Of a stretch of 32,000 nt of DNA, positions 8,759 to 17,594 are shown in pieces. The stretch covers positions 23,943-55,942 of the forward strand of contig NZ_PRLH01000095.1 of NCBI RefSeq assembly GCF_003013815.1. The letters are read 5' to 3'. Position 1 is the first letter of the stretch, and every line of letters begins with the position of its first letter. The notes beneath the pieces were generated by a model. The model was not told the DNA's origin and did no database searches. It worked only from the letters and a program-made list of their open reading frames with translations. The DNA is from Cyanothece sp. BG0011 (lineage in GTDB: Bacteria; Cyanobacteriota; Cyanobacteriia; Cyanobacteriales; Microcystaceae). The translations under genes were made by a program, and so were the position numbers.

Positions 8759-9520
8759 GTGGAAGAAAGAACGATTCAATTATTAAAAGCACAAGAATTA
8801 AACCAACTAAAATCTGAATTCGTTTCTATCCTCTCCCATGATTTTCGCAATCCTCTCAATACAATTTTATTATCAACAGGATTATTAGAGGATAGTCACG
8901 ACCAATTAACCAGAGAGCAGCAATTATCCTATTTTCAGATGATTCGCCAAGCGGTTCAAGACATGAATCAACTACTGAACGAAGTTTTGTTATTAGGAAA
9001 AGCTGATTCGGGAAAATTAAAACCTAACTTTGAGCAGCTTAATCTTAAGGAATTTTGTCAAAAAATTCTTCATTCTTTACACCTTTCTTTTGAAGATAAA
9101 AACCAAATTGTGACTCAATTTAAAGGAAAGTTTGAAGAAGAATTATGGGATGCTAAATTACTTTGGCATATTTTACATAATTTATTAAATAATGCCCTTA
9201 AATATTCTCCTCAAGGGGGCCAGATTTTTTTTGATATTATTGCTGATGAAAAAATAGTGACTTTTCGCATTGAAGACCAAGGAATTGGTATTTCTCAAGC
9301 ATCACAAAAACATCTTTTTGAAAGCTTTTATCGCGCTGATAATGTAGAAAATATTTCAGGAACCGGATTAGGTTTGTCCATTGTTCGTAAATGTGTAGAC
9401 GCTTACCAAGGAGATATCTTTGTAGACAGTCAGTTAAACAAAGGGACAACCTTTACAGTTATTTTACCCCGACAGCAACCAGTTATGAGTAAAATAGAAA
9501 AAAGTATCGAACAAATATAG
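8759..9520 (+). CDS. Histidine kinase core (HisKA + HATPase_c) with no sensor domain
   Basis: The H-box is FVSILSHDFRNPLN, the N-box is HNLLNNALKYSP, G1 is EDQGIGI and G2 is GTGLGLSIV. The track start is a GTG with no convincing ribosome-binding site (RBS). See the frameshift finding. Confidence 0.85.
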   Translation: MEERTIQLLKAQELNQLKSEFVSILSHDFRNPLNTILLSTGLLEDSHDQLTREQQLSYFQMIRQAVQDMNQLLNEVLLLGKADSGKLKPNFEQLNLKEFCQKILHSLHLSFEDKNQIVTQFKGKFEEELWDAKLLWHILHNLLNNALKYSPQGGQIFFDIIADEKIVTFRIEDQGIGISQASQKHLFESFYRADNVENISGTGLGLSIVRKCVDAYQGDIFVDSQLNKGTTFTVILPRQQPVMSKIEKSIEQI

Positions 9521-9536
9521 TTATGAGTTGGGTATT

Positions 9537-9896
9537 ATGAGTACACAAAAAGATTCTCATCCTAGCGAATTTACTCGCACTCCTCCTTGGGGAAGGGTGA
9601 CTATGTTAGAAGAAGGCCCCCGTTATCGCATTAATCGCATTGAAGTTAATCCCGGACAACATATCAGTACCCAAATGCACTATCATCGTAGTGAACATTG
9701 GATAGTCGTTTCAGGAACCGCTAAAGTTATTTTTAATGGGGAAGAACATCTTTTAAAACAAAAAGAATCGACCTATGTTCCCATGAATACTCGTCACCGA
9801 GTTGAAAATCCTGGGGTTATCCCTTTAGTGATGATTGAAGTTCAAAATGGAGAGTATTTAGGGGACGATGATATTATTCGTTTTACAGAAGAATAA
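9537..9896 (+). CDS. Cupin-domain protein (type II phosphomannose-isomerase C-terminal cupin-like)
   Basis: Cupin motifs are present: PGQHISTQMHYHRSEHWIVVSGTAKV, then YVPMNTRHRVENPG, then IEVQNGEYLGDDDIIRF. The track begins at a TTG (9528). The in-frame ATG at 9537 is the more likely start. Confidence 0.8.
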   Translation: MSTQKDSHPSEFTRTPPWGRVTMLEEGPRYRINRIEVNPGQHISTQMHYHRSEHWIVVSGTAKVIFNGEEHLLKQKESTYVPMNTRHRVENPGVIPLVMIEVQNGEYLGDDDIIRFTEE

Positions 9897-10097
9897 AGCA
9901 ATCACTCAGACACATTCATCAGTAAAGATGGTATAATAATGTTGTCAGGAATAACTCATATTTTTAGTGAAAAGTCTTAAAATAATCTGGATTTTTGTTA
10001 TTATATGGCCAAATATTCGATAGAATGAAAAAGGGGAGTTAGGGTTAAGAATATAGCCACAGCTACCAGCCAACTGAAGAACGAGGAAACAGGAGGA

Positions 10098-10925
10098 ATG
10101 AAGATGAAAATCTTAGTGAGCATACTTCTGTTAACCCTGGTTTTGTTATTCATCAATGGCTCTAAACCTGACCTAACACAGAGATTATTAATCTCACGGG
10201 AATGTATCGGTTGTGATTTAGAAAATGCAGATTTACAACAGTTAGATTTAGAAGGCGTGAACTTAGAAAAAGCGAATTTGAAACACGCTAATCTCCACGA
10301 AACTAACTTAAATAAAGCCAATCTAAAAAATGCGAATCTACAGCAAACAAGGTTAACAGACGCTCAATTAAAACAAGCGAATCTAACCAAAGCTAATTTA
10401 TTTGAAGCTAATCTATCTAACAGTAATTTAGAAGAAGCTATCTTAAAAGAAGCTAATCTCATCAATACTAATCTCAATAAAAGTATTATAAAAAATGCTA
10501 ACTTATACAAAGCTTTACTAACAGGAAGTAAGCTATCTCATGCCAACTTAGAAGGAGCTAACTTAGAAAAAGCTGATTTATCAACCTATAAAGAATTACC
10601 CACTTTATTAAATCATACTAACCTGAAGAAAGCCAACCTCAAACAAAGTGATTTAGAAGGAGCTTGGTTAGTGAAAGCCCAATTAATAGAAGCTAACTTA
10701 CAACAGAGTAATTTGAAATATGCTAACCTAAAAGGAGCCAATTTAGCCGGTTCAAATTTAAAAGAATCAAAGTCAACTTATGCCATTTTAGACCAAGTCA
10801 ATTTCTGTGGTACAATGATGGAAAACGGAGCCATTTCTTTAAAAGGATGTTCAGTTCAGGGAATATATGATTTCTCCCCTATTAATCATCGCAAGCATTA
10901 CTCTCTTAGTCGCCGTTTCAATTAA
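10098..10925 (+). CDS. Secreted pentapeptide-repeat protein
   Basis: It has an N-terminal signal-like segment (MKMKILVSILLLTLVLLFING), followed by about 200 aa of A(N/D)Lxx repeats such as ANLKHANLHETNLNKANLKNANL. An AGGAGG at 10091-10096 favours the second ATG (10104) as the start. Confidence 0.85.
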   Translation: MKMKILVSILLLTLVLLFINGSKPDLTQRLLISRECIGCDLENADLQQLDLEGVNLEKANLKHANLHETNLNKANLKNANLQQTRLTDAQLKQANLTKANLFEANLSNSNLEEAILKEANLINTNLNKSIIKNANLYKALLTGSKLSHANLEGANLEKADLSTYKELPTLLNHTNLKKANLKQSDLEGAWLVKAQLIEANLQQSNLKYANLKGANLAGSNLKESKSTYAILDQVNFCGTMMENGAISLKGCSVQGIYDFSPINHRKHYSLSRRFN

Positions 10926-11340
10926 CACAATTTTTAAAGGTGATTATGGTTGGTTTAACCGTCTTCGTCGTCCCCAATGGTTAACCTTTGAATGGGCAAT
11001 TCCTTTCATTTGGATATTCGTATTTATTTGTGGGGTTTATTCAGCTTATCAACTTTGGATAAAACAACCAGGAAAAACTGAAACCTGGTTATTAATGGCA
11101 GGGTATTTATTATTAGAAATATTGATCATGGCCTATACCCCTGTTATGTGTAAACTGCGGAGCTTACAAGTAGGAACAATTATCGGTGCAACCGGTTTCT
11201 TTTGGGGGTTAATTCTCGCTGTTTTAGTCTGGCCAATCTCACAAGAATCAGTCTTTTTATTATTACCTTACTTATTATGGAGTCCCATAGGAACTTATGT
11301 TACCTGGGATATGATTTCACTCAATCCTTTAGATAAATAA
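10867..11340 (+). CDS. tspO: TspO/MBR family tryptophan-rich sensory protein
   Basis: The 157-aa ORF has five hydrophobic segments and the family pattern WFNRLRRPQWLTFEWAIPFIWIFVF, with a Trp-rich sequence. It overlaps the upstream gene by 59 nt. Confidence 0.75.
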   Translation: MISPLLIIASITLLVAVSINTIFKGDYGWFNRLRRPQWLTFEWAIPFIWIFVFICGVYSAYQLWIKQPGKTETWLLMAGYLLLEILIMAYTPVMCKLRSLQVGTIIGATGFFWGLILAVLVWPISQESVFLLLPYLLWSPIGTYVTWDMISLNPLDK

Positions 11341-11540
11341 TTAAGAATTAAAAAACTAAGAATTAAGAATTAAAAATTGAGAATTTCCCACTTCTTATAT
11401 AGTCTCATTGGCGGTTCTTTTTGTGTTAAAATAAGAAAGAATAACTTATTTAAAACCATTGACATTAATATTAAGCTTTTTTGTCAATTTTTAAGGCAAT
11501 TGTCCTTTAAACTGTCCCTGTTAACGGAGTTAAGAGACTT

Positions 11541-14129
11541 ATGACCATCCCTCAAGATAGAATTATCCCCACAGACTTGAGTAATGAAATGTCCCGTTCA
11601 TATTTAGAATACGCCATGAGCGTTATTGTGGGACGAGCATTACCCGATGCTAGGGATGGTTTAAAACCTGTGCATCGTCGCATTCTCTACGCCATGTATG
11701 AACTGGGTTTAACTCCCGATCGCCCCTTTAGAAAATGCGCCCGTGTCGTCGGGGAAGTGTTAGGTAAATATCACCCCCACGGCGACACAGCCGTATACGA
11801 TGCCCTAGTTCGGATGGCCCAAGACTTTTCCATGCGGAGTCCTCTGATCGAAGGCCACGGAAACTTTGGATCGGTAGATAACGATCCCCCGGCAGCCATG
11901 CGTTACACGGAATGTCGTCTGCAAGCATTATCAACCAACGCCCTACTCAGAGACATCGAAGCCGACACCGTTGACTTCGCTGATAACTTCGACGGGTCCC
12001 AACAAGAACCCATTGTCTTACCGGCCAGAGTCCCTCAGTTACTCCTCAACGGTTCCTCTGGTATCGCCGTCGGTATGGCCACCAATATTCCTCCCCATAA
12101 CCTCGGAGAATTAATAGACGGAACCATTGCCCTCATTCATAACCCAGAGTTAAGCGAAAAAGAACTCATTAAGATTATCCCCGGGCCAGACTTTCCCACC
12201 GGCGGACAAATCTTAGGGCGATCCGGTATCCACGACGCATACATGACCGGACGGGGTTCGATTACCATGCGCGGTGTGGCCCAAATCGAAACCATCGAAC
12301 AACGGGGCCGGCCCGATCGCGAAGCCATCATTATCACTCAACTTCCCTATCAAACCAACAAAGCAGCCTTAATTGAACGCATCGCCGACTTAGTGAACGA
12401 AAAACGCATTGATGGCATTTCTGACATCAGAGACGAAAGCGATCGCGACGGAATGCGAGTGGTAATAGAACTCAAACGAGACGCTTACCCCAGAGTCGTC
12501 CTCAACAATATCTATAAACAAACCCCCGTACAAGGCAACTTCGGGGCCAATATGTTAGCCCTCGTCAACGGAGAACCCCAACTCCTAACCATAAAAGAGT
12601 TCTTACAGGTTTTCCTTGACTTTAGAGTTGAAACCATCACCCGTCGTACTCAATACGAACTCCGCAAAGCAGAAGAAAGAGATCACCTCTTACAAGGGTT
12701 ACTCATCGCCCTCGATAACCTCGATGCCGTCATTCAACTTATTCGCAGGGCAGCCGATAGCAGCAGCGCAAAAGAAGAATTAGTCCAAGAGTTTGGCCTC
12801 TCCCCAGTTCAAGCAGACGCTATTCTACAAATGCAACTCCGTCGCTTAACCGCCCTAGAAGCAGAGAAAATACACGCCGAACACGAAGAATTACAGCTAA
12901 AAATTGCCGATTTACAAGACATTTTAGCCAGACGGGAACGCATCGAAGCCATTATTGAAGAAGAATTAAGCCAGATCAAGAGCATTCATGCCACCCCTCG
13001 ACGCACCGAAATTGTTCACGATGACGGAGAAATTGTTGATACTGACCTCATTGCCAACGAACAAGCCATTATCCTCCTCACCGAACAAGGTTACATCAAA
13101 CGGATGCCCGTGAGTACCTTTGAGGCACAACAACGGGCCACCAGAGGAAAAGCAGCCGCCAAAATTAAAGACGACGATGTGGTTGAACACTTTTTAACCT
13201 GTTGCGACCACGATCAAGTTCTCTTTTTCAGCGATCGCGGGGTTGTCTATGCCGTGAATGCTTATCAGATCCCATCCTCCTCCAGAACCGCCAGAGGCAT
13301 TCCCATCGTTCAAATGTTACCCATCCCCAAGGATGAGAAAATAACCTCCATCGTCGCCGTTAGTGAGTTCACAGAAGACGTTTTTCTCGTGATGTTAACT
13401 CATAAAGGTTACATCAAAAAAACCGCCCTTTCCGCCTTTAGTAATATTCGGACCAATGGGTTAATTGCCATTTCCCTCGGTGAAGGGGACCAACTGCGAT
13501 GGGTAAGACTCACCAGAGAAGAAGATAGTATTATCCTCGGAACCCGTAAAGGGATGGCGATCCATTTCCACGCCGATCACCAACAACTGCGACCCCTGGG
13601 ACGGGCAACTAGAGGCGTAAAAGCCATGAAATTGAAGAAAGGGGACGAATTAATTAGTATGGATGTGTTGCCGGCACAAGTCACCGCAGGGATAGGGGAT
13701 GCAGCCGAAGACGAAGACGTTTTAGAGAATGAAACTGAAGAGTTAAGCGAAGAAGAAACCACCGGTGGCCCTTGGATCTTAGCTATTACTAATGGGGGTT
13801 ATGGTAAACGGGTTCCTATTTCCCAGTTTCGTCTGCAACGACGGGCCGGAATGGGGGTTCGGGCGATCAAGTTTAAGTCAAAAACCGATTGTTTAGCCTC
13901 CCTTCATGTGGTCAATGCAGAGGATGAATTAATGATTGTGTCTAACCGAGGGATTATTATTCGTCAAGCTGTCGATGCTATTTCTATGCAGTCTCGCGCT
14001 GCTACCGGGGTTCGAGTACAACGGTTAGATAGTGATGATGCGATCGCAGCCGTTGCATTAGTTCCCCCGGCACCTGAAACCGACGAAGAAGAGGGGGAAG
14101 CAGAAGCAGTCGAAGTGGTTAGTGAGTAA
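11541..14129 (+). CDS. gyrA: DNA gyrase subunit A
   Basis: The 862-aa ORF has the [19 protein letters not shown] motif, [19 protein letters not shown], and the catalytic AAMRYTE tyrosine motif. A GyrA-box-like sequence ([12 protein letters not shown]) opens the C-terminal domain, and the protein has an acidic tail. Confidence 0.97.
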   Translation: MTIPQDRIIPTDLSNEMSRSYLEYAMSVIVGRALPDARDGLKPVHRRILYAMYELGLTPDRPFRKCARVVGEVLGKYHPHGDTAVYDALVRMAQDFSMRSPLIEGHGNFGSVDNDPPAAMRYTECRLQALSTNALLRDIEADTVDFADNFDGSQQEPIVLPARVPQLLLNGSSGIAVGMATNIPPHNLGELIDGTIALIHNPELSEKELIKIIPGPDFPTGGQILGRSGIHDAYMTGRGSITMRGVAQIETIEQRGRPDREAIIITQLPYQTNKAALIERIADLVNEKRIDGISDIRDESDRDGMRVVIELKRDAYPRVVLNNIYKQTPVQGNFGANMLALVNGEPQLLTIKEFLQVFLDFRVETITRRTQYELRKAEERDHLLQGLLIALDNLDAVIQLIRRAADSSSAKEELVQEFGLSPVQADAILQMQLRRLTALEAEKIHAEHEELQLKIADLQDILARRERIEAIIEEELSQIKSIHATPRRTEIVHDDGEIVDTDLIANEQAIILLTEQGYIKRMPVSTFEAQQRATRGKAAAKIKDDDVVEHFLTCCDHDQVLFFSDRGVVYAVNAYQIPSSSRTARGIPIVQMLPIPKDEKITSIVAVSEFTEDVFLVMLTHKGYIKKTALSAFSNIRTNGLIAISLGEGDQLRWVRLTREEDSIILGTRKGMAIHFHADHQQLRPLGRATRGVKAMKLKKGDELISMDVLPAQVTAGIGDAAEDEDVLENETEELSEEETTGGPWILAITNGGYGKRVPISQFRLQRRAGMGVRAIKFKSKTDCLASLHVVNAEDELMIVSNRGIIIRQAVDAISMQSRAATGVRVQRLDSDDAIAAVALVPPAPETDEEEGEAEAVEVVSE

Positions 14130-14428
14130 ACAATAATCTGCTGTAGGGTGGGTTAGGTGTGGGCTTTATTTTTTAATTAATAACTAATTATAGTGCTACG
14201 CACTGGGGAATAGGGAATGGGCAAGGGTTCTCCCCCTCACAAAAGGGGGAGTTAGAGGGGGTGGCAATGGTAAGCTGTAAAAGGGTTTCAGAGTTGGGAA
14301 ATGTCCTAAACTTAATGCGTAGGGCTATAGTTTTTATACACACCGCAACCCACCACTTCAATTTTGCAAGATCACGTATTGCCGATTGCTCAACCATATT
14401 GAGCATATCGTTCAATCAGTATTTTAAG

Positions 14429-15205
14429 CTAACTATCTGTTTTGAGAAAAATTGAGATAGATCCTGGAGATGGAGTATAAACTGTTTGTAGTTTGAAATG
14501 ACGTTCAGGATAGGTTCGTGCTAATATAGTTTGCAGGGCATTTGCTACATCTCCCTCATTTTGAGGATAATATCGAATCTGATCAGAAGATGCTCTATCA
14601 CGCTGTGGTTTAACTTCAATGACTGATGTAACACTACTCTCCCTTAACGCCTCTTTAATCTCAAAAGCGATTGTTTTTTGTTCAGTCCTTTCCCCATTAT
14701 AGAAAATTTGGATTTTATATTCACTCACCATATTGGCTTGTGGATATAGGTTTCGTATATTTTGTATAGCTGTTTCTATTTCTGATTTAACTTCTGGTTG
14801 AACCTTATTCTTCGCCCAAATAAGAATCATGATAGGTTCATCTACATGAGGAGACATCATCTCCAAGAAAGAGACAGCGTTTTTTTGTTTCTGTATATCC
14901 TGACTGGTAATCTCTTGATAGAACAGTTCAACATATTTAGTTTGTAAATTTTCTCTTCGTTGAACTCTTGCTAACTCCAATTGAGCATCAGTCAGTTTAT
15001 TTTGGGCTGTCGAAACTTGGTAACCAGCCAAACCGGTGATACCAGACAGAAGTAACAACAAAAGAGGAATAACTAGCTTCTCTGAAAATTCTAAAATTTT
15101 AGTGGTTAATGATTTCTCTTTAGAGACAAGCGCAAGTATTGTGTCAAGCTTTTTATCAGATTCGATCTGTTGTTTTTTGTCTACTCCATTAAATTGTCTA
15201 ACCAT
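14429..15205 (-). CDS. Hypothetical single-pass membrane protein
   Basis: The track ORF starts at a TTG (15241). An in-frame ATG at 15203-15205 has a strong AAGGAGG 8 nt upstream, giving MVRQFNGV and 258 aa. There is one TM segment (LVIPLLLLLLSGITGLAGY), then a coiled segment, then a roughly 90-aa alpha/beta C-terminal domain. I recognised no family. Confidence 0.6.
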   Translation of the reverse strand: MVRQFNGVDKKQQIESDKKLDTILALVSKEKSLTTKILEFSEKLVIPLLLLLLSGITGLAGYQVSTAQNKLTDAQLELARVQRRENLQTKYVELFYQEITSQDIQKQKNAVSFLEMMSPHVDEPIMILIWAKNKVQPEVKSEIETAIQNIRNLYPQANMVSEYKIQIFYNGERTEQKTIAFEIKEALRESSVTSVIEVKPQRDRASSDQIRYYPQNEGDVANALQTILARTYPERHFKLQTVYTPSPGSISIFLKTDS

Positions 15206-15434
15206 TACCGACCCCTCCTTTATCGATTCGTTAATCGACAAACTTAAACCAAAAGACCTCGATTTACACTTTGATTCTAGCTCTTTTGAATCAAGAATAA
15301 ATTAATTTTTTGTTCAATTATTGCTTATCTTATAATAAGAATTGTTAAAAAAATCAACAATAATAAAAAACTAAACAGTTACTTATTTTCAGCGTCCTAA
15401 CGATCTTTTTCCTTAAATTACCCTCTGACTTCAT

Positions 15435-16427
15435 TCAACGATGAACTTTCCCATCTGGCATCGTTGCACCCCGTAAAATAACACCCGCCAAGTTAGCACT
15501 CATTAACTCTGCCCTGGTTAAATTAGCATTACTCATATTAGCCCCCATGAGATTTGCCCGTGCAAAAAATGCCTCTACTAAGTCAGCATCCGTTAAATTC
15601 GCCCCTGATAAATTTGCCCGACTTAAATCAGCGTGGTTCATCCGTGTTAACGTTAAATTGGCTTGATGAAGATTAGCACGGTTGAACACAGCGTGCGTCA
15701 TGATTGCCCCTCTAGCCATGACATCACTCAACTCCGCTTGAGATAATTGCGCCCTAACTAGATTCGTGTTGGTAAGATTTGCCCCGTTTAACTTTGCCCC
15801 GGTTAGGTTAGTATCTGTCAGTAACGCCCCTTTGAGGTTAGCATTAGTTAAGTCTGCTTTGCGTAAATCAGCATCCCTCAAATTCACTTCTTTGAGATTG
15901 GCCCCCACTAAATTAGCCCGACTCAAATCAACCCCCTTCATATTAGCCCCTTGTAAGTCTGCCCTAGCTAAATTAGCAGCTTGGAGGTTAGTATAGTAAC
16001 TCTTCTTTTCTTGGCGCATATTTGCCCCTCTCAGACAAGCACCGGTAAGGGTTGCCCCACTTAAATCTGCTCCTCGTAGATCAGCCGCGATTAAGTTGGC
16101 ATCGAGAAAAGTCGCTAAGGTAATATCCGTATCCCTTAAATTCGCTCCTTGTAGTAACGTTCCATGAAGGGTAGCATTACGTAAATCTGCCCCACTGAGG
16201 TCCGCTTGAGAGAAATTAGCCCCACTTAAATTCGCTCCCACCAGATTCGCCTGGGTTAAATTAGCGCGGTTAAAATAGGAGAACAAAAGATTAGCCCCAT
16301 GTAAGTCTGCTTCATTAAGGGTAATGCCGATTAAATCTGCCCCTAACAAGTTAATTCCTGGCAGTTTTAAGCCATTAAATAAGGTTTCTCCGGCAGAATA
16401 ACGCTCAATTAGTTCACTGGGTTTCAT
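15435..16427 (-). CDS. Pentapeptide-repeat protein, cytoplasmic type with no signal peptide
   Basis: The 330-aa ORF consists almost entirely of A(D/N)LxG repeats, for example ANLSGANFSQADLSGADLRNATLHGTLLQGANLRDTDI. Confidence 0.9.
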   Translation of the reverse strand: MKPSELIERYSAGETLFNGLKLPGINLLGADLIGITLNEADLHGANLLFSYFNRANLTQANLVGANLSGANFSQADLSGADLRNATLHGTLLQGANLRDTDITLATFLDANLIAADLRGADLSGATLTGACLRGANMRQEKKSYYTNLQAANLARADLQGANMKGVDLSRANLVGANLKEVNLRDADLRKADLTNANLKGALLTDTNLTGAKLNGANLTNTNLVRAQLSQAELSDVMARGAIMTHAVFNRANLHQANLTLTRMNHADLSRANLSGANLTDADLVEAFFARANLMGANMSNANLTRAELMSANLAGVILRGATMPDGKVHR

Positions 16428-16448
16428 AGAGGCGAAATGGCAACAATA

Positions 16449-17594
16449 TTATACAAAAGGTTTTATGGCTTCAACGACGGTACTGGCAGTTTGCAGATGA
16501 GAATCGGGATCATTAAGAGATTTGGCCATGTTGTAGAGTTTTCCTTCAATCTCGGTAATCGAACGACCACTCTGAAGAATCTGCTCTAGAAGATCATCGA
16601 GGGTATAACTTCTCAAGGTTGACCAATCTTGTCCACTACGATCCCAAGGATGAAAGAGTAGGGAGAATAGCAATATTTTAGCGCGTAATGGATTGGTATA
16701 TTGCATAATTTCTAAGCGAATCTCAAAAATATCATACTTAGGTTTAGCAGGAGAGGGCGCTGGAGTGGCTTGTACCTGTTTTAACTCAGTTACCATCTGT
16801 TCTGAGGTGATATCAATCACAGAGGTTTCAAAGGCTGAAGCCGGAGAGGGTTGCATATTTTGATAGTTGTCACTACTATTAATGGAAATAATTTGGGTAC
16901 TGTAGCTATTAGAACTGTCAGAAGAGAGCATATCTTCTTGTTGTAAATTATCGTATAAGCCACCCATTTGATTGAGAATCACTTTAGCAATGGCAAGATA
17001 TAAATTCTTTTTATTAATATTGTTAACTAATTGGATAAAGGCTTGTTTAAGGGCATTATAATCTGGATAAATTTCTAGGGTTTCCATGATTAAGTTGTTT
17101 AACCCATAATTTTTAATTCGGTTTAAATCATTTTCCCAACTGTTTTTAGTAATAGCATAAATTAATTTATGAATTCTAGCGGTTTCAGGATGATTGGATA
17201 AATTTCTCACTGCTTGTTCTATGAGAACACTACTATCAGAAACCTGAGTTTCTTTCGGATTAGTTGGCACTTCGATGACTTCGGTTTCTCGATGGAGTTC
17301 CCGATAAATCGGTCCTAGTTGTTCAACGATCGCTTTAGCCACACCAGCATACACTTTAGGACGGTTTAGAGTTTTGACTAATCTATATAAGGAAAGGGTC
17401 AGTTGTTCAAGGGTTTCTTGTTGCGTAATCAGTTCTTTAACTAAACTTTCCATCGACAAGCGATTGAGAACATTGAGATCGTTTTGCCAGGTTTTTTGAC
17501 AAATACAAAAGATTAATTTTTTGACTCTGATAGATTCGGGATGGTGTTCAAGATAGTGAACCGCTTGGTAAAATAAATCAGATGATAATTGCAT
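16449..17594 (-). CDS. Hypothetical protein built from three copies of an uncharacterised helical domain of about 90 aa
   Basis: The ORF is 381 aa. Residues 8-97 and 125-214 align without gaps at an offset of 117 (QAV..L..HPE..R..KLI......W.NDLN...LV..N....Y..AK.I..Q.G..Y). Residues about 289-381 form a divergent third copy. The gene ends 21 nt before the pentapeptide gene start. Confidence 0.7.
   Translation of the reverse strand: MQLSSDLFYQAVHYLEHHPESIRVKKLIFCICQKTWQNDLNVLNRLSMESLVKELITQQETLEQLTLSLYRLVKTLNRPKVYAGVAKAIVEQLGPIYRELHRETEVIEVPTNPKETQVSDSSVLIEQAVRNLSNHPETARIHKLIYAITKNSWENDLNRIKNYGLNNLIMETLEIYPDYNALKQAFIQLVNNINKKNLYLAIAKVILNQMGGLYDNLQQEDMLSSDSSNSYSTQIISINSSDNYQNMQPSPASAFETSVIDITSEQMVTELKQVQATPAPSPAKPKYDIFEIRLEIMQYTNPLRAKILLFSLLFHPWDRSGQDWSTLRSYTLDDLLEQILQSGRSITEIEGKLYNMAKSLNDPDSHLQTASTVVEAIKPFV

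Noticed and set aside
11728-13762. Four short minus-strand ORFs inside gyrA
   Set aside because: gyrA is unambiguous on the plus strand, so these are antisense shadows.
14188-14455. ORFs 14188-14415(-) and 14261-14455(+) in the gyrA-downstream spacer
   Set aside because: They overlap each other and read straight through the G-rich heptamer/hairpin repeat block. They have no RBS and no recognisable domain, so they are more likely repeat-derived open frames.
15766-15996. Plus-strand ORF (76 aa, A/L/R/K-rich) opposite the pentapeptide gene
   Set aside because: The periodic pentapeptide coding sequence keeps the antisense frame open. Its composition is simply the complement of the ADLxx repeats.
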